DNA of 64,000 bases, from the IMG/VR virus record IMGVR_UViG_3300035208_003294; one strand, 5' to 3'. A model generated the notes under the pieces. The model had not been told where the DNA came from, did not search any database, and worked only from the letters and a program-made list of their open reading frames with translations. The stretch is from an uncultured virus (IMG/VR IMGVR_UViG_3300035208_003294) (Duplodnaviria; Heunggongvirae; Uroviricota; Caudoviricetes). Made by a program: the position numbers and the translations under genes. Shown piece by piece: positions 38,041 through 48,210 of this stretch (positions are counted from its first letter, which is position 1; each line of letters begins with the position of its first letter).

Positions 38041-41000
38041 CTACTGCCACTCCATGCCAGTCACTTTCGGGTTCTGCGTTGATACAGCGCCTTTGACTAT
38101 ATTCCAACCGCTCGGAGTCACAAAGGTCTCCGTAGAGGTTCCTGTGGTAGTCGTAGTTGCCGTCTCCCCCCTGCTTGCCGCGGCTTCAGTTCCCGCGACC
38201 TTCAGGAGAATAGGCGACAACTCCTTAATCTGGCCCTCGACCAATTCAAAGGTAGTTGAAAAATCAACGTATCCCGTTTTTTGTAGGATTAAAGTATAGA
38301 CGCCAGGGTTTAAATCTATTTCTTTCACGGCTGTAGTGACGCCGTAATCATTGCCGTTCAATAGAATCGTGCAACCAGTGGGTTTTGTACTTAAAAGCTT
38401 CAGCTTTGCCATTCCTTCCTTGAAAGTCTTGGCCTGTAGGGTGAACGCAACCGATGTCTTTTCCTCCGCTACAATGTCTACAGTCTGCGGGCCCTCCAAT
38501 GGTTCATAGCCCTGCTTCTCGACGGTGACTTCATACGTTCCCGGGTCGAGCTTCATCGTGGACCTTGTAACCTTGCCGGTATCCTCTCCATCTACCTTTA
38601 TCTTCGCATAGGAAGGATACGAGATGACTTCGAGACTGCCCATCATGGCATTGGTTACGTCCGTCATCTTCTTGAGCTCTACGGCTACCTTGGTCTCCTT
38701 GCCTGCTTCGACCATATCCGCCCTCGAGGCGCTCATGTAGTCCGTCTTGTTGGCGTTCACTGTGTAGAATCCTGGTTCCAAGCCCGTGATCGTTTTCGGA
38801 GTGACTCCCTGGTAGACGACCTTTGACTTGGAACTGACTACGATGTTAGCATAAGTCGGAGTGCTAAGTACAGTTAGGCTTCCTGTATTGAGAGTGGTCT
38901 GCTCTTCAATATTCGTTAAAGTCAGATTGACATAGCTAGCTTCGCCCGCTTTCAAGATAACAACTCTATCAACGTCTGTATACCCTGGCTTCGTGCACTT
39001 TACTGTGTACGTCTCCGGCGGGATCAAAGTTATCGTCTTTGGGGTAAGTCCGTATTCTACTCCGTTTTCAGTTCCCTGTTTCGTGAGCGTTATCGTAGCT
39101 CCGCTTGGAATAGACGAAACGTTCAGAATAGCCGTTGTTACTTCCTGCGTCTTCGTCGTAGAGACTAAGGTAAAGGAAATCTCCTTAGTCTTACCGGCTT
39201 CCACTATTACGCCCTGCTGCTCGGGATCAGTATAGCCATCCTTCTTGACGATTACGTTGTAGCTTCCGGGGGCCATCTCCGACATAGACTGTGGAGTTAC
39301 TCCCTGGTAGACAAGTTCTTCTCCTGTCTTGCCTGCGTATATCCGGCCCATGGTTGGATAGGACAATACCTGCAGGGTTCCTGTCGTAGCAAGAGTCTTC
39401 TTGAACTCTCCGAAAATCTGCTTCGTTGTATTGCGTTCTATGTCAACGGAGAAAGGCAAGTCGAGATAACCCTCCTGTTTTAAGACTATCTGAACCACCC
39501 CCTCTGCGAGCTGGGTGATTGTGTAGTCCGTTAAGTTGCCCGTATCCTTGCCATTGAGATAAATCCTTGCGTTCTTCGGCATGGACATGACTTTGACTGC
39601 TCCCTTGGTAGCATCAGCTTCAAACAAGACATAAAGGCTTGTGGTCTCTCCGTCCTTGGTCTTTATCTGGTTGAAGCGCTGTTCCGCATAGGTTACGTCC
39701 GTACCTATGTAAGAAGCAGTAAAGTCAAACGGAGCATCTGCAGCTACTGCAAATGTGCATGGAGTGTTCTGTTCCTTGCCCGTCGTCACGTTGAGTATCT
39801 TGGCTGGCTTGTTTGCGGTGAACCTGACGCTTCCCTTTAAGTCCGTGATACCTGGAAGCGTGATGGCGAGATAGTTTGTCTTGCCTGCTTCGACAAGAGT
39901 TGTTTTATCCTGCTTTGTGTATCCAAGTTTCCAGGCCTTTATTCCATACGTCCCAGGTTCAAGACTCTCTATGGCCTTTGGAGTAACTCCGTATGATTCT
40001 TCAGATCCGTCCTTCTTTATCAGCGTTATCTCCGCACCCGTTGGGTTAGAGGTAACATAAAGAACCCCCGTAGTTGACGTGGTTCCTGGTACGAGCTTCT
40101 CTAAATCAAAGAAAGCCTCATACGTCTTACCGGCCTGAATTAGAACTGATTGCTGCTCAGGGTCCTTGTAGAGACTTCTCTTAACATAGACGTTATACGT
40201 TCCTGGAGTCAAATCAGTCATGACTTGTGGCGTGACTCCGATATACGTAGCGCTTTGTTGGCCTGGCATCTGAACGAAGGCAGATGCCATAGTGGGATAG
40301 CTCAAGACATTCAAGGTTCCGACCTTGCTATCCTCATCCTTGAATACGACATAGATTTGTCTAGTCTCTCCAGGATTGACATATTGACTGATCGGCTCGG
40401 AATCCTTATAGCCATCCAGCTTAAGGACTGCGTTATAAACACCCGCACCGAGATTGGCAATAGTTGCAGGAGTGAACTGTCCGGAGTCTTCTCCATTCAG
40501 GAAAATCTTAGCCTTGGACGGCAACGATTCTATCCTCAACGAACCTGTCGTCTGTGTGCCCTCAAAGAACGCGGCCCTTGAGATAGTCTCGCCTGCAGGC
40601 ACGCTCAACCCTGTAAATGGTTGGGTCGTATAAGCCTTGTCTGTTTCCTTGCATTCCACAAGAAAATTGTACTCCGCAGGATACGCATCGACTTTGAAGG
40701 AACAAGGAGTGTCCTGTACTTCGTCCGTCATCTCGTTCGTTACCTTCGCCGCCTTGTTCGACGAGAACTTAATAACCCCTGTCTGAGAAGCATTCGAAGT
40801 TAGGAGTATCTCCTTTGAGTCGTTGGTCTCCAGGTCTATCTCTTGCGGAATGATAACCTTGCCTTCCAGCTCTCCGGAGACAACATAGTGTCCTCTAGGA
40901 AGCTCGAAAGTCGCCAAGGTGTACTTGTAGGTGTTACGTCCGTTCAAGTAAACAAGAACATTGGCTACGTCCGATTTAACCTTCAATGTGCCGATACCTC

Positions 41001-44000
41001 CGGACCACTTGCCCAAACCTTTAGACTTCGCTAAAGTCTCGGCTGCCGTATATTTAGGATAGGAAATAATTGCACTTGGACCGAACATGTTGTAAACGTC
41101 TGAATTGCCAAGGGAGACAGATAATTCTCCGACGTCCGTAAAGTTCCCGAAGATCTCTGGGTCCGGCAGTTCTACCTTGCCCAATATACGTGCGTCCCTT
41201 TCATCTCTCTTGACCGTCTTCTGGTTCTGCGTTTCCGTATATTCTGCTTTGCTTGGCTCCGTCGAAATCCTGACATCTCTTCCAGATATCAGCGTACTAA
41301 GCCACATGCTGGACTCAGATGCCCAAAACTCTGCAGGCAGATATTGTGTAAGATTGTTTGCATCTTTGTAACTATGGGCTAGTTCCGGGGCATTGATTCC
41401 TATTATGCGGACCGTGTCCGTTACCCAAGTATCATCTTCTATCTGGATTTTGACTTCTATTGTATCTCCATCAGCTATTCTTCTCACCCAAGCGTAGAAA
41501 GGCTCTTCACCTATGACCTTAACTCCTCCGGCCCCTACAGTTGTTCCTGTGCCTGTACCTGTGCCTGTTCCAGTTCCACTCCCCAGAGTTCCAGAACCTC
41601 CATAATTCGACATGAACTCTTCAGGGTTCTCGGTATAAAAAACACCCATCTCATAAATCGAATAACCCGCTCCATTGAAAATCACAAGATTTTCTTTGTT
41701 TAATCCTCTAGAAATACATTGGAGTTTTATGAAACGATACTGTTTTATCTCAGCAAATGGCACGAATTCAACTGTTCCTAGACCACCCGTTTTTGTGAAC
41801 AATAACGTCCAATTTGTCCCATCGTTAGATGCAAGAATTTTGTATTCTTTAGCGTACGCTTCCTCCCAGAAAATCCTAATGATATTGAATTTCTGAACGC
41901 TGCGCATGTCGAATGAAATCCATTGATCATCTGTATATTCTGATTCCCAACGAGTAGTGGTATCGCCATCTATTGCATTTTTTGCCGGTTGCTTTTCAGA
42001 AGAAGCTGTAACTATCGCTCCCTGCAATAAATTCGTTAAACTCTCTAGTCCGCTTGTTCCTTTTACTTCTAAGGTGGAGTAATCCAAATCTACTCGTGAA
42101 GGATAGCCTAAGGAAGTTAATTTGTCGTCGTTAAGCTTTAGCTGATAAAGGAAGCTATTCATTCGCTTATCAAATATTTCTCCTAAAATTTGCCCGGTCT
42201 TGACAACCCGTACATATTGACTGTTTAACCATGGAACTTCATTTTTAGCGTAATCCAAAGCCAATCGAGCATTTGCGTAGTCTCTGATAGTCATGAATTT
42301 CTGATAGCCCGCCTCCAGAGCGCCTATGATGTTGTCTATCATTCCCCAAGTTGCTATTCCCGCGGTCTCATATAAAGTAAATAGACCAATGGCTGCGAAC
42401 TTCCAATGTCTTCGCATGACTGTTAAAGGATTAAGTGAATATTCTCTAGCTCTAAGGTAATCGTCGAAATATTTTATCGATTCAGTGGATCCAGTGATCT
42501 TCTGTTTAAATGCAGCGCCATCTGATAGCGACATCTTGTCTTTAACAACAAGCCTATCAACACGCCTTATTAATTCGTCTTGCGTAACTCCCTTGCTACT
42601 CAGACGTCTGCTTAGATCGGCAAATGTTTCTTTGACTCCCTGTTGTTTTGCTGTGTCCCAAAACGTCAGCGTGTCATCATAATAATTATAAGCACGATTT
42701 TCTATAATTTTTGAAAGCTTTCTGATTTTTTCTATTGGAACACCAGGGAAAAAGGAAGCAGTTCTCTGGATTACTTCCTCACCGGTGCCTCCAAATTCTG
42801 CAGATTTAATGGTAGTTATGAATTCATCAAACTCATTTGAGAGAGTAAATCCATCAGCTAGAACGTCCTTGGTTTTGAATTCCGCCAGTCCATCTACGCC
42901 AACTTGAAGGGCCTTGAGTTGTGGATCAACAGTATCGAAGATGTTATCGTATTTGACGGCATCTGCTAAATTATCCAGAATATCATCGTATTGAATAGTT
43001 GATGCATCATCAAACGCGTTGCTTATCGACCAGACGATCTCCTTCTCTGTCTGTTGATTTAAGATTTCGTCTGGTATGGCATTTACTATCTTTGCTCCAT
43101 TCTCTTCCATTGAAGTCTTCACTTCTGAGAAAGCACCGTCTATATCGGAAGAAATTTCTGCTTTTGCTGCTTTTGCCTTGGAAGAACATGAAGTTGCCTG
43201 GTCTGCAAAGCTCTTTCTTTGCCGCAAAGCCATGCGGAATTTTTCCTCAAATTGAGGTTTTGTTAAGGCACTGCCTTCAAAAGCATCCAAATATCTGTCT
43301 ATTGATTTTGTGGACCAACGTATCCCCTGTGTAATAGAACTAAGTAAGTCAATTGCTGGTCTCTCTCTTATGAAAACTGTTCCCTCAGATGTTACGATCC
43401 AACCCGAGTGATTTCGTAACTGGAACACGAGCTGAGACAAATCCTTTGCTATCAAAGATGCGTAGTCTCCAGCACTTGCGTTCAGTCCTTGCTTAAGTGC
43501 TACTTCATAATTCGTATTATTGACACGAATTCTCTCTATTAAGGTTCTTGTCCAGGTAGACTTAAATGCAATATTGTCTAAGAACTTCATCAAGTCCGTA
43601 AGCATTGTTTTATCTGCGATCCCTAAGGATTTCGCGAACAAACCATGTAACTCCTCTGCTTCCGTTCTAGTGATTCCAAAGACTTTCTTCATGATTTCGT
43701 CTACCCACTCCGTCTTTGAAATCATTGAAAATTCTTTTCCGGCAACATTTGCCATAGCCTTTATCTGTGCCGAAGTAACTTCCGCCCCTAATTGAATTGG
43801 ATCGGTTGAAAGGGCTTTTCGTATTGTTGGCATTTCTTTAAGCGTCTTAGCCGCTTCTGCTTTAAGGGCATCGGCTGTTATGCTAGTTACTTTAGCCACT
43901 TGAGCCCAGTTCTCTAGGACCTTCTTATCAGCGCCCAAAGCGACTTCGTTGAACCAAGCACTTATAACATTCACTGGTTTGCCCCAAGCTTCAGCTAATA

Positions 44001-47000
44001 TCTTGTTTCTAATTGGCCACGATTCTTCGAACTTGGCTTTGAAACTCTGTGCTCCAAGTATGTCGGGGTCTGCCTTAATTCCATAATGCATACCCTGTTC
44101 AAGACTCTCTAAAGCGTCTGAAGCATAACGAAGTTTATCCTTGGGATCAACACTCTTCAAAGAAAGCTGGTAGAACGATTCTGCATTTTCATTTGCTAGC
44201 TTCCACGCAGAATTCAAAGAATTAACTCCTCCTGCTTTATCAAAGGATAGCATCTTATTTAGTCTGTAACTGATGCTATCAAAATAAGGAATCAGTTCTG
44301 TGTTTCCTTTTTGCGTTGCAAGCTTCTTTGCACTGACGATATAACTCTCAAACTCTTTGAAATATGTTTCAGGACTCGATTGAATATATGGGAGCATGCT
44401 ACGCATTTCTTCTTTAATTAATTTTGCTGCTCCTTCGGTTGGAAGGGTTTCAAGATTTGATAAAAAGTAGTTCACACCGCTGTTATCAGTGATTACTCTT
44501 TTCAAAAGGAGTGACAATCCTGCCCCATATTCTGGGTTATTGAATATGGCTAGCCATCTGTTAACTATTGCTAGCCCTTCTGGTAAAACTTTCGAACCGG
44601 CCTTTGCAAAAAGTTTAGGAATACCCAAAGTGAACGCATCACAAGCTACTGAAAAGTAATCCCAAAACCCTGCTGACGCTGCAGAACCGTCTGTATTCTT
44701 CCCTAAAAGCAATCTAGTCCATGCCCCAACAGTTCCTTCTACAATGCTGGCAACCGCTTCTATTCCCCACAAAGCAGTCAAGTCTAATAGCCTCTCGCCG
44801 AATGATATCTGCGCCGTGCCGAGATAGTAGTAGTAGTTCTCTTTTTCAGTAATGAATTGGGTGCCAATGGCCCCCATAAACTGAAAAAGTTTAGCCTGGA
44901 GCTCTCCGGTCAGATCGTCTATGGGATTACCGCTTCCGCGACGAATCGTAACCGTGCCGTCCCATCTATCAAGCTGACCGCTTGCACGTATCTCTCCGGT
45001 GCTCTTCTTGTATTTCCACCAGTTAGTAGAGTGCGCAACTTCGTTGACATCCGGAGCCAGATAATCCCTGGAGATCCTTCCGACATAATTGATATCTCCT
45101 TTTGTTGTTGCTGGAATATCTGTGAAATTGAATGCCAGATTAGTAAAAGTCATGCCCTTGGAGATTTTTATTACATACCAATCAGAGTCGGTGACTGGAG
45201 TAGTGAGCAATGAAAACCCAACTGCGACCAATGCTTCATCACCTGGATTATAAATGGATGCCGATAGCGGCATTTGCACGGTGGCATTAGCTGCAAATAG
45301 CGGCGATCTTTCAATTTCTACGCTTACAAATCTTGGCGTAGTAGACGGAGTTAAGCCTGTTGGCGTAAGCTTAGCATCTAAAAATGTTATCAGTTTACCT
45401 GTATCGTCGTACATTGGAAACGTCAGGTTTAGTGTCAAACCATTATATGCCTTGTTGGAAGCAGTATCTGAGCTATCATTTATTGCACATACCACATTGC
45501 CTTTAGGTATTCCAGTAAAAACTACATTACCCAACGAATCAGTGTTAAGAGTTTTGGAATACCCAGTAGCCGACATCACTACCTTAACATTAGGAACATC
45601 TTTATCTGATGTTGAGTCTACGACGTTTAAAGTTAGGTCGTAATTAGAAGGTACTACTGTTCCTTTTACTTCGAAAGTCAATGTGCTCAAGTAGACATTC
45701 GGAGTAGTGAGACTTCCTGTTCCCGGTTTGTAATAATCCGCTTCCGGAGTTCCTGGCGTATAATTCTTTGTAGCCCTTAAAGACGCAGTATATGTACCAG
45801 AGACCGCAGTAGAAGGAATGTCTATCCTTAAACGTCCGCCATAGATAGTAGAGTTCTTGGCTACTGTATATACCTTCCAATAACCGTTTATTGGGGTTGG
45901 ACTTGTAACTGAAGTTCCAACCGCGATAGTCTGATCAGTTGTCGTCGAGGAGTTCTTCAAGTCGAACTCTATGAACACATACTCCCCCGCGTTCGTTAAT
46001 GTAGTAGGAGTCTTCCTAACATTAAGGACCTCTATCCCGCTTGGATCAACTGGTGGAGTAGTTGATTCCTTTTCAAGATAAACGGAATCAGTTATAGTTG
46101 CTCCGGGAGAAAAGACATTCGCATAGTATCTCAAATTTTCTGCAAGAAATCCCCCTTCCTTTATTGTTGTAACATCCGTGTCTAATGCTTTAAGATCTGT
46201 GAAAGTGATCTTTCCATCAGCTCCGCTGACTTTTTCTTTGGAGTAACCACTCTGAGTGCAAGTAGCAAATACGCCAACCTGTGGTTGATTTGTAGAACCG
46301 TCATAGAACGTAATGACCAATGTTGCCGTAGCTGTAGTTTGTCCTGAAACGTTTACTACAAAATCCTCTGTCGATATAGGAGTTCCGGAAGGAATGTTAT
46401 CGGCTATCTTAGGAAAAACCTCAAGTCTAACTTGTGAAGCCGATGTTGTATTCGAAGGAATAAGCATGGCAAACACCGACTGTTTATCATCATTGGCTTC
46501 GATAACGACATCGGTGACAACGACCGTTGGATTAGGCAACGAATTAAGCGTAGCTTGAATCCCATAATGTTGAGCTATTCCAGAAGTGTTAAGCGTTTTA
46601 ACTACAAAATCATAGCTCTTACCTACAATAGCTTGTGTTGATGCTGAAAAAGAACTGCGAACAATGTGCCCAACAGGACTTTTATTTGGGACTGAAGAGA
46701 GAACATTTCCTGGTCCTTTCTTAACATCTGTTCTTCTTGCGTCGAAGTATCTTCCAATGATATCTTTTCCATTGACCTGAAGAGTATCTATTGAAAGCTT
46801 CTCGCTGTAGATGCTAGTTCTCTTCATCTGAAGATCATAGTTGCCATCTTCGAGCCATGCATATCCATAGCCTTTGGAATTAATATCGAAGGAAGCATCG
46901 TTCCCATTAATGTCTTTAGCGCGTTCTGTTTTCGATCCTGACTTGAAAACCTTGATTACTCCTTCAGCTAGAGCTTCTCCGCTTGTGGAATCGGTTATTA

Positions 47001-48204
47001 TGAATTCAACAAATCTCCACTTTTTTACCGTTGGCAATGCTGGAGGTACATCTGCAGCCCACTCATTGATTGCCGCTACAACTTCTGTTATTGTAGCTTT
47101 GTTATCTGCCCACCTATTTATCAATGAGACAATCTGAGCTAGCGTTGGCGGATGCGAAAGAGTCGTATCTGTCGATTCAGCTCCAACGAAATCCATTAAT
47201 TTGGAATTGCTTCCACCGGTTTCCTTTAGAAGTTGCACTTGGTTTTGAGTTTCTTCAGCAACCAAGTTTAGTACAATGTTTGCAGTTACGTTAGATGTTG
47301 ATAGAACAATTGTTTGCGTAACTGATGTATATCCTGATTTAGCAAATGTTAATGTCCAAGTGCCAATTGATAAAATTGAAAGAGAATAACTTCCATTGAC
47401 CACTCGAACAAAACCACTTCCCCCCATTCCGCTATAATTTATAACGGCATCCGATATTAAATTTCCTGAAGAATCTTTAACTGTACCAGAAATTGTGCCC
47501 GGAGTAGTCGGTACTGTTATTGGAAAGAATTGCCAACCGCACTCATATTGTTTAACTTCCGAAACAGTAATAGAAACCGATCCTGGATTCATTCCAGACA
47601 TGGATAAAGCTACGTTGTAAGTCCCAAATGGAAGATCAGAGAAATAACCATTGCCAGAGGAATCTGTAGTCAATGACTTGTTTATTCCATTTCCACTTAA
47701 CACAGCGTTTGCTATAGCCGCTCCCGTACTAGTCCAGGTTCTTACATGGATAACTCCAACATTCGTTGGTGTAGGGGTGGGAGTAGGAGTTGGAGTAGGT
47801 GTAGGCGTCGGAGTAGGAGTCGGTGTCGGCGTTGGTGTTGGTGTATTGGATATCAATACGAAATTCTGTTCCGTGTTTGAAGTTGATGAATGATCAAAGA
47901 CTCTTGTTTGTGAAACATATCCTGTTTTTGTTACAACAAATGTCCACGATCCACCAGGTTCAGCTATTGAATAAGATCCATTAACTTCCATTGTTCCAGG
48001 ATCTACTCCAGACATTGCAGTTCTTGTAATTAGAACTCCTGAAAGGGGATTTCCAGACGAGTCCTTTACTGTACCATAGATTACAGGTCTAACATCAGCG
48101 AACAATGCATTATTTTTAGAAGTACCCAGGACCCTCTTCGAGTCCTGGGAAGTGGTTGGTTGAATCTTTTTCTTGCTATCCTTAACGTCTTTCTTTGCTG
48201 GCAT
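38041..48204 (-). CDS. Giant 3387-aa multidomain protein: carboxypeptidase-regulatory/Ig-like repeats, Pro-Thr linker, helical core, F5/8 type C (discoidin), thermonuclease (SNase), multiple PEGA domains
   Basis: GTVKDSSGN repeats; (TP)n; NAIDGDTTTRWES...WISFD...YKI..S.DG..W; RIADGDT...VRIIGINAPE...R.LG...AK..GLGKW; repeated L.V.S.P..A.I...G.TP...L.PG.Y...K.GY. Confidence 0.9.
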   Translation of the reverse strand: MPAKKDVKDSKKKIQPTTSQDSKRVLGTSKNNALFADVRPVIYGTVKDSSGNPLSGVLITRTAMSGVDPGTMEVNGSYSIAEPGGSWTFVVTKTGYVSQTRVFDHSSTSNTEQNFVLISNTPTPTPTPTPTPTPTPTPTPTPTPTPTNVGVIHVRTWTSTGAAIANAVLSGNGINKSLTTDSSGNGYFSDLPFGTYNVALSMSGMNPGSVSITVSEVKQYECGWQFFPITVPTTPGTISGTVKDSSGNLISDAVINYSGMGGSGFVRVVNGSYSLSILSIGTWTLTFAKSGYTSVTQTIVLSTSNVTANIVLNLVAEETQNQVQLLKETGGSNSKLMDFVGAESTDTTLSHPPTLAQIVSLINRWADNKATITEVVAAINEWAADVPPALPTVKKWRFVEFIITDSTSGEALAEGVIKVFKSGSKTERAKDINGNDASFDINSKGYGYAWLEDGNYDLQMKRTSIYSEKLSIDTLQVNGKDIIGRYFDARRTDVKKGPGNVLSSVPNKSPVGHIVRSSFSASTQAIVGKSYDFVVKTLNTSGIAQHYGIQATLNSLPNPTVVVTDVVIEANDDKQSVFAMLIPSNTTSASQVRLEVFPKIADNIPSGTPISTEDFVVNVSGQTTATATLVITFYDGSTNQPQVGVFATCTQSGYSKEKVSGADGKITFTDLKALDTDVTTIKEGGFLAENLRYYANVFSPGATITDSVYLEKESTTPPVDPSGIEVLNVRKTPTTLTNAGEYVFIEFDLKNSSTTTDQTIAVGTSVTSPTPINGYWKVYTVAKNSTIYGGRLRIDIPSTAVSGTYTASLRATKNYTPGTPEADYYKPGTGSLTTPNVYLSTLTFEVKGTVVPSNYDLTLNVVDSTSDKDVPNVKVVMSATGYSKTLNTDSLGNVVFTGIPKGNVVCAINDSSDTASNKAYNGLTLNLTFPMYDDTGKLITFLDAKLTPTGLTPSTTPRFVSVEIERSPLFAANATVQMPLSASIYNPGDEALVAVGFSLLTTPVTDSDWYVIKISKGMTFTNLAFNFTDIPATTKGDINYVGRISRDYLAPDVNEVAHSTNWWKYKKSTGEIRASGQLDRWDGTVTIRRGSGNPIDDLTGELQAKLFQFMGAIGTQFITEKENYYYYLGTAQISFGERLLDLTALWGIEAVASIVEGTVGAWTRLLLGKNTDGSAASAGFWDYFSVACDAFTLGIPKLFAKAGSKVLPEGLAIVNRWLAIFNNPEYGAGLSLLLKRVITDNSGVNYFLSNLETLPTEGAAKLIKEEMRSMLPYIQSSPETYFKEFESYIVSAKKLATQKGNTELIPYFDSISYRLNKMLSFDKAGGVNSLNSAWKLANENAESFYQLSLKSVDPKDKLRYASDALESLEQGMHYGIKADPDILGAQSFKAKFEESWPIRNKILAEAWGKPVNVISAWFNEVALGADKKVLENWAQVAKVTSITADALKAEAAKTLKEMPTIRKALSTDPIQLGAEVTSAQIKAMANVAGKEFSMISKTEWVDEIMKKVFGITRTEAEELHGLFAKSLGIADKTMLTDLMKFLDNIAFKSTWTRTLIERIRVNNTNYEVALKQGLNASAGDYASLIAKDLSQLVFQLRNHSGWIVTSEGTVFIRERPAIDLLSSITQGIRWSTKSIDRYLDAFEGSALTKPQFEEKFRMALRQRKSFADQATSCSSKAKAAKAEISSDIDGAFSEVKTSMEENGAKIVNAIPDEILNQQTEKEIVWSISNAFDDASTIQYDDILDNLADAVKYDNIFDTVDPQLKALQVGVDGLAEFKTKDVLADGFTLSNEFDEFITTIKSAEFGGTGEEVIQRTASFFPGVPIEKIRKLSKIIENRAYNYYDDTLTFWDTAKQQGVKETFADLSRRLSSKGVTQDELIRRVDRLVVKDKMSLSDGAAFKQKITGSTESIKYFDDYLRAREYSLNPLTVMRRHWKFAAIGLFTLYETAGIATWGMIDNIIGALEAGYQKFMTIRDYANARLALDYAKNEVPWLNSQYVRVVKTGQILGEIFDKRMNSFLYQLKLNDDKLTSLGYPSRVDLDYSTLEVKGTSGLESLTNLLQGAIVTASSEKQPAKNAIDGDTTTRWESEYTDDQWISFDMRSVQKFNIIRIFWEEAYAKEYKILASNDGTNWTLLFTKTGGLGTVEFVPFAEIKQYRFIKLQCISRGLNKENLVIFNGAGYSIYEMGVFYTENPEEFMSNYGGSGTLGSGTGTGTGTGTGTTVGAGGVKVIGEEPFYAWVRRIADGDTIEVKIQIEDDTWVTDTVRIIGINAPELAHSYKDANNLTQYLPAEFWASESSMWLSTLISGRDVRISTEPSKAEYTETQNQKTVKRDERDARILGKVELPDPEIFGNFTDVGELSVSLGNSDVYNMFGPSAIISYPKYTAAETLAKSKGLGKWSGGIGTLKVKSDVANVLVYLNGRNTYKYTLATFELPRGHYVVSGELEGKVIIPQEIDLETNDSKEILLTSNASQTGVIKFSSNKAAKVTNEMTDEVQDTPCSFKVDAYPAEYNFLVECKETDKAYTTQPFTGLSVPAGETISRAAFFEGTQTTGSLRIESLPSKAKIFLNGEDSGQFTPATIANLGAGVYNAVLKLDGYKDSEPISQYVNPGETRQIYVVFKDEDSKVGTLNVLSYPTMASAFVQMPGQQSATYIGVTPQVMTDLTPGTYNVYVKRSLYKDPEQQSVLIQAGKTYEAFFDLEKLVPGTTSTTGVLYVTSNPTGAEITLIKKDGSEESYGVTPKAIESLEPGTYGIKAWKLGYTKQDKTTLVEAGKTNYLAITLPGITDLKGSVRFTANKPAKILNVTTGKEQNTPCTFAVAADAPFDFTASYIGTDVTYAEQRFNQIKTKDGETTSLYVLFEADATKGAVKVMSMPKNARIYLNGKDTGNLTDYTITQLAEGVVQIVLKQEGYLDLPFSVDIERNTTKQIFGEFKKTLATTGTLQVLSYPTMGRIYAGKTGEELVYQGVTPQSMSEMAPGSYNVIVKKDGYTDPEQQGVIVEAGKTKEISFTLVSTTKTQEVTTAILNVSSIPSGATITLTKQGTENGVEYGLTPKTITLIPPETYTVKCTKPGYTDVDRVVILKAGEASYVNLTLTNIEEQTTLNTGSLTVLSTPTYANIVVSSKSKVVYQGVTPKTITGLEPGFYTVNANKTDYMSASRADMVEAGKETKVAVELKKMTDVTNAMMGSLEVISYPSYAKIKVDGEDTGKVTRSTMKLDPGTYEVTVEKQGYEPLEGPQTVDIVAEEKTSVAFTLQAKTFKEGMAKLKLLSTKPTGCTILLNGNDYGVTTAVKEIDLNPGVYTLILQKTGYVDFSTTFELVEGQIKELSPILLKVAGTEAAASRGETATTTTTGTSTETFVTPSGWNIVKGAVSTQNPKVTGMEWQ
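47766..47845 (-). repeat. Coding Thr-Pro tandem repeat linker
   Basis: Hexamer repeat encoding TPTPTP... Confidence 0.9.
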
Positions 48205-48210
48205 CTTCTT

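Noticed and set aside
38041..48204. Tape measure protein
   Set aside because: Mostly beta-rich adhesion and nuclease domains with no tail gene context; only the central third is helical
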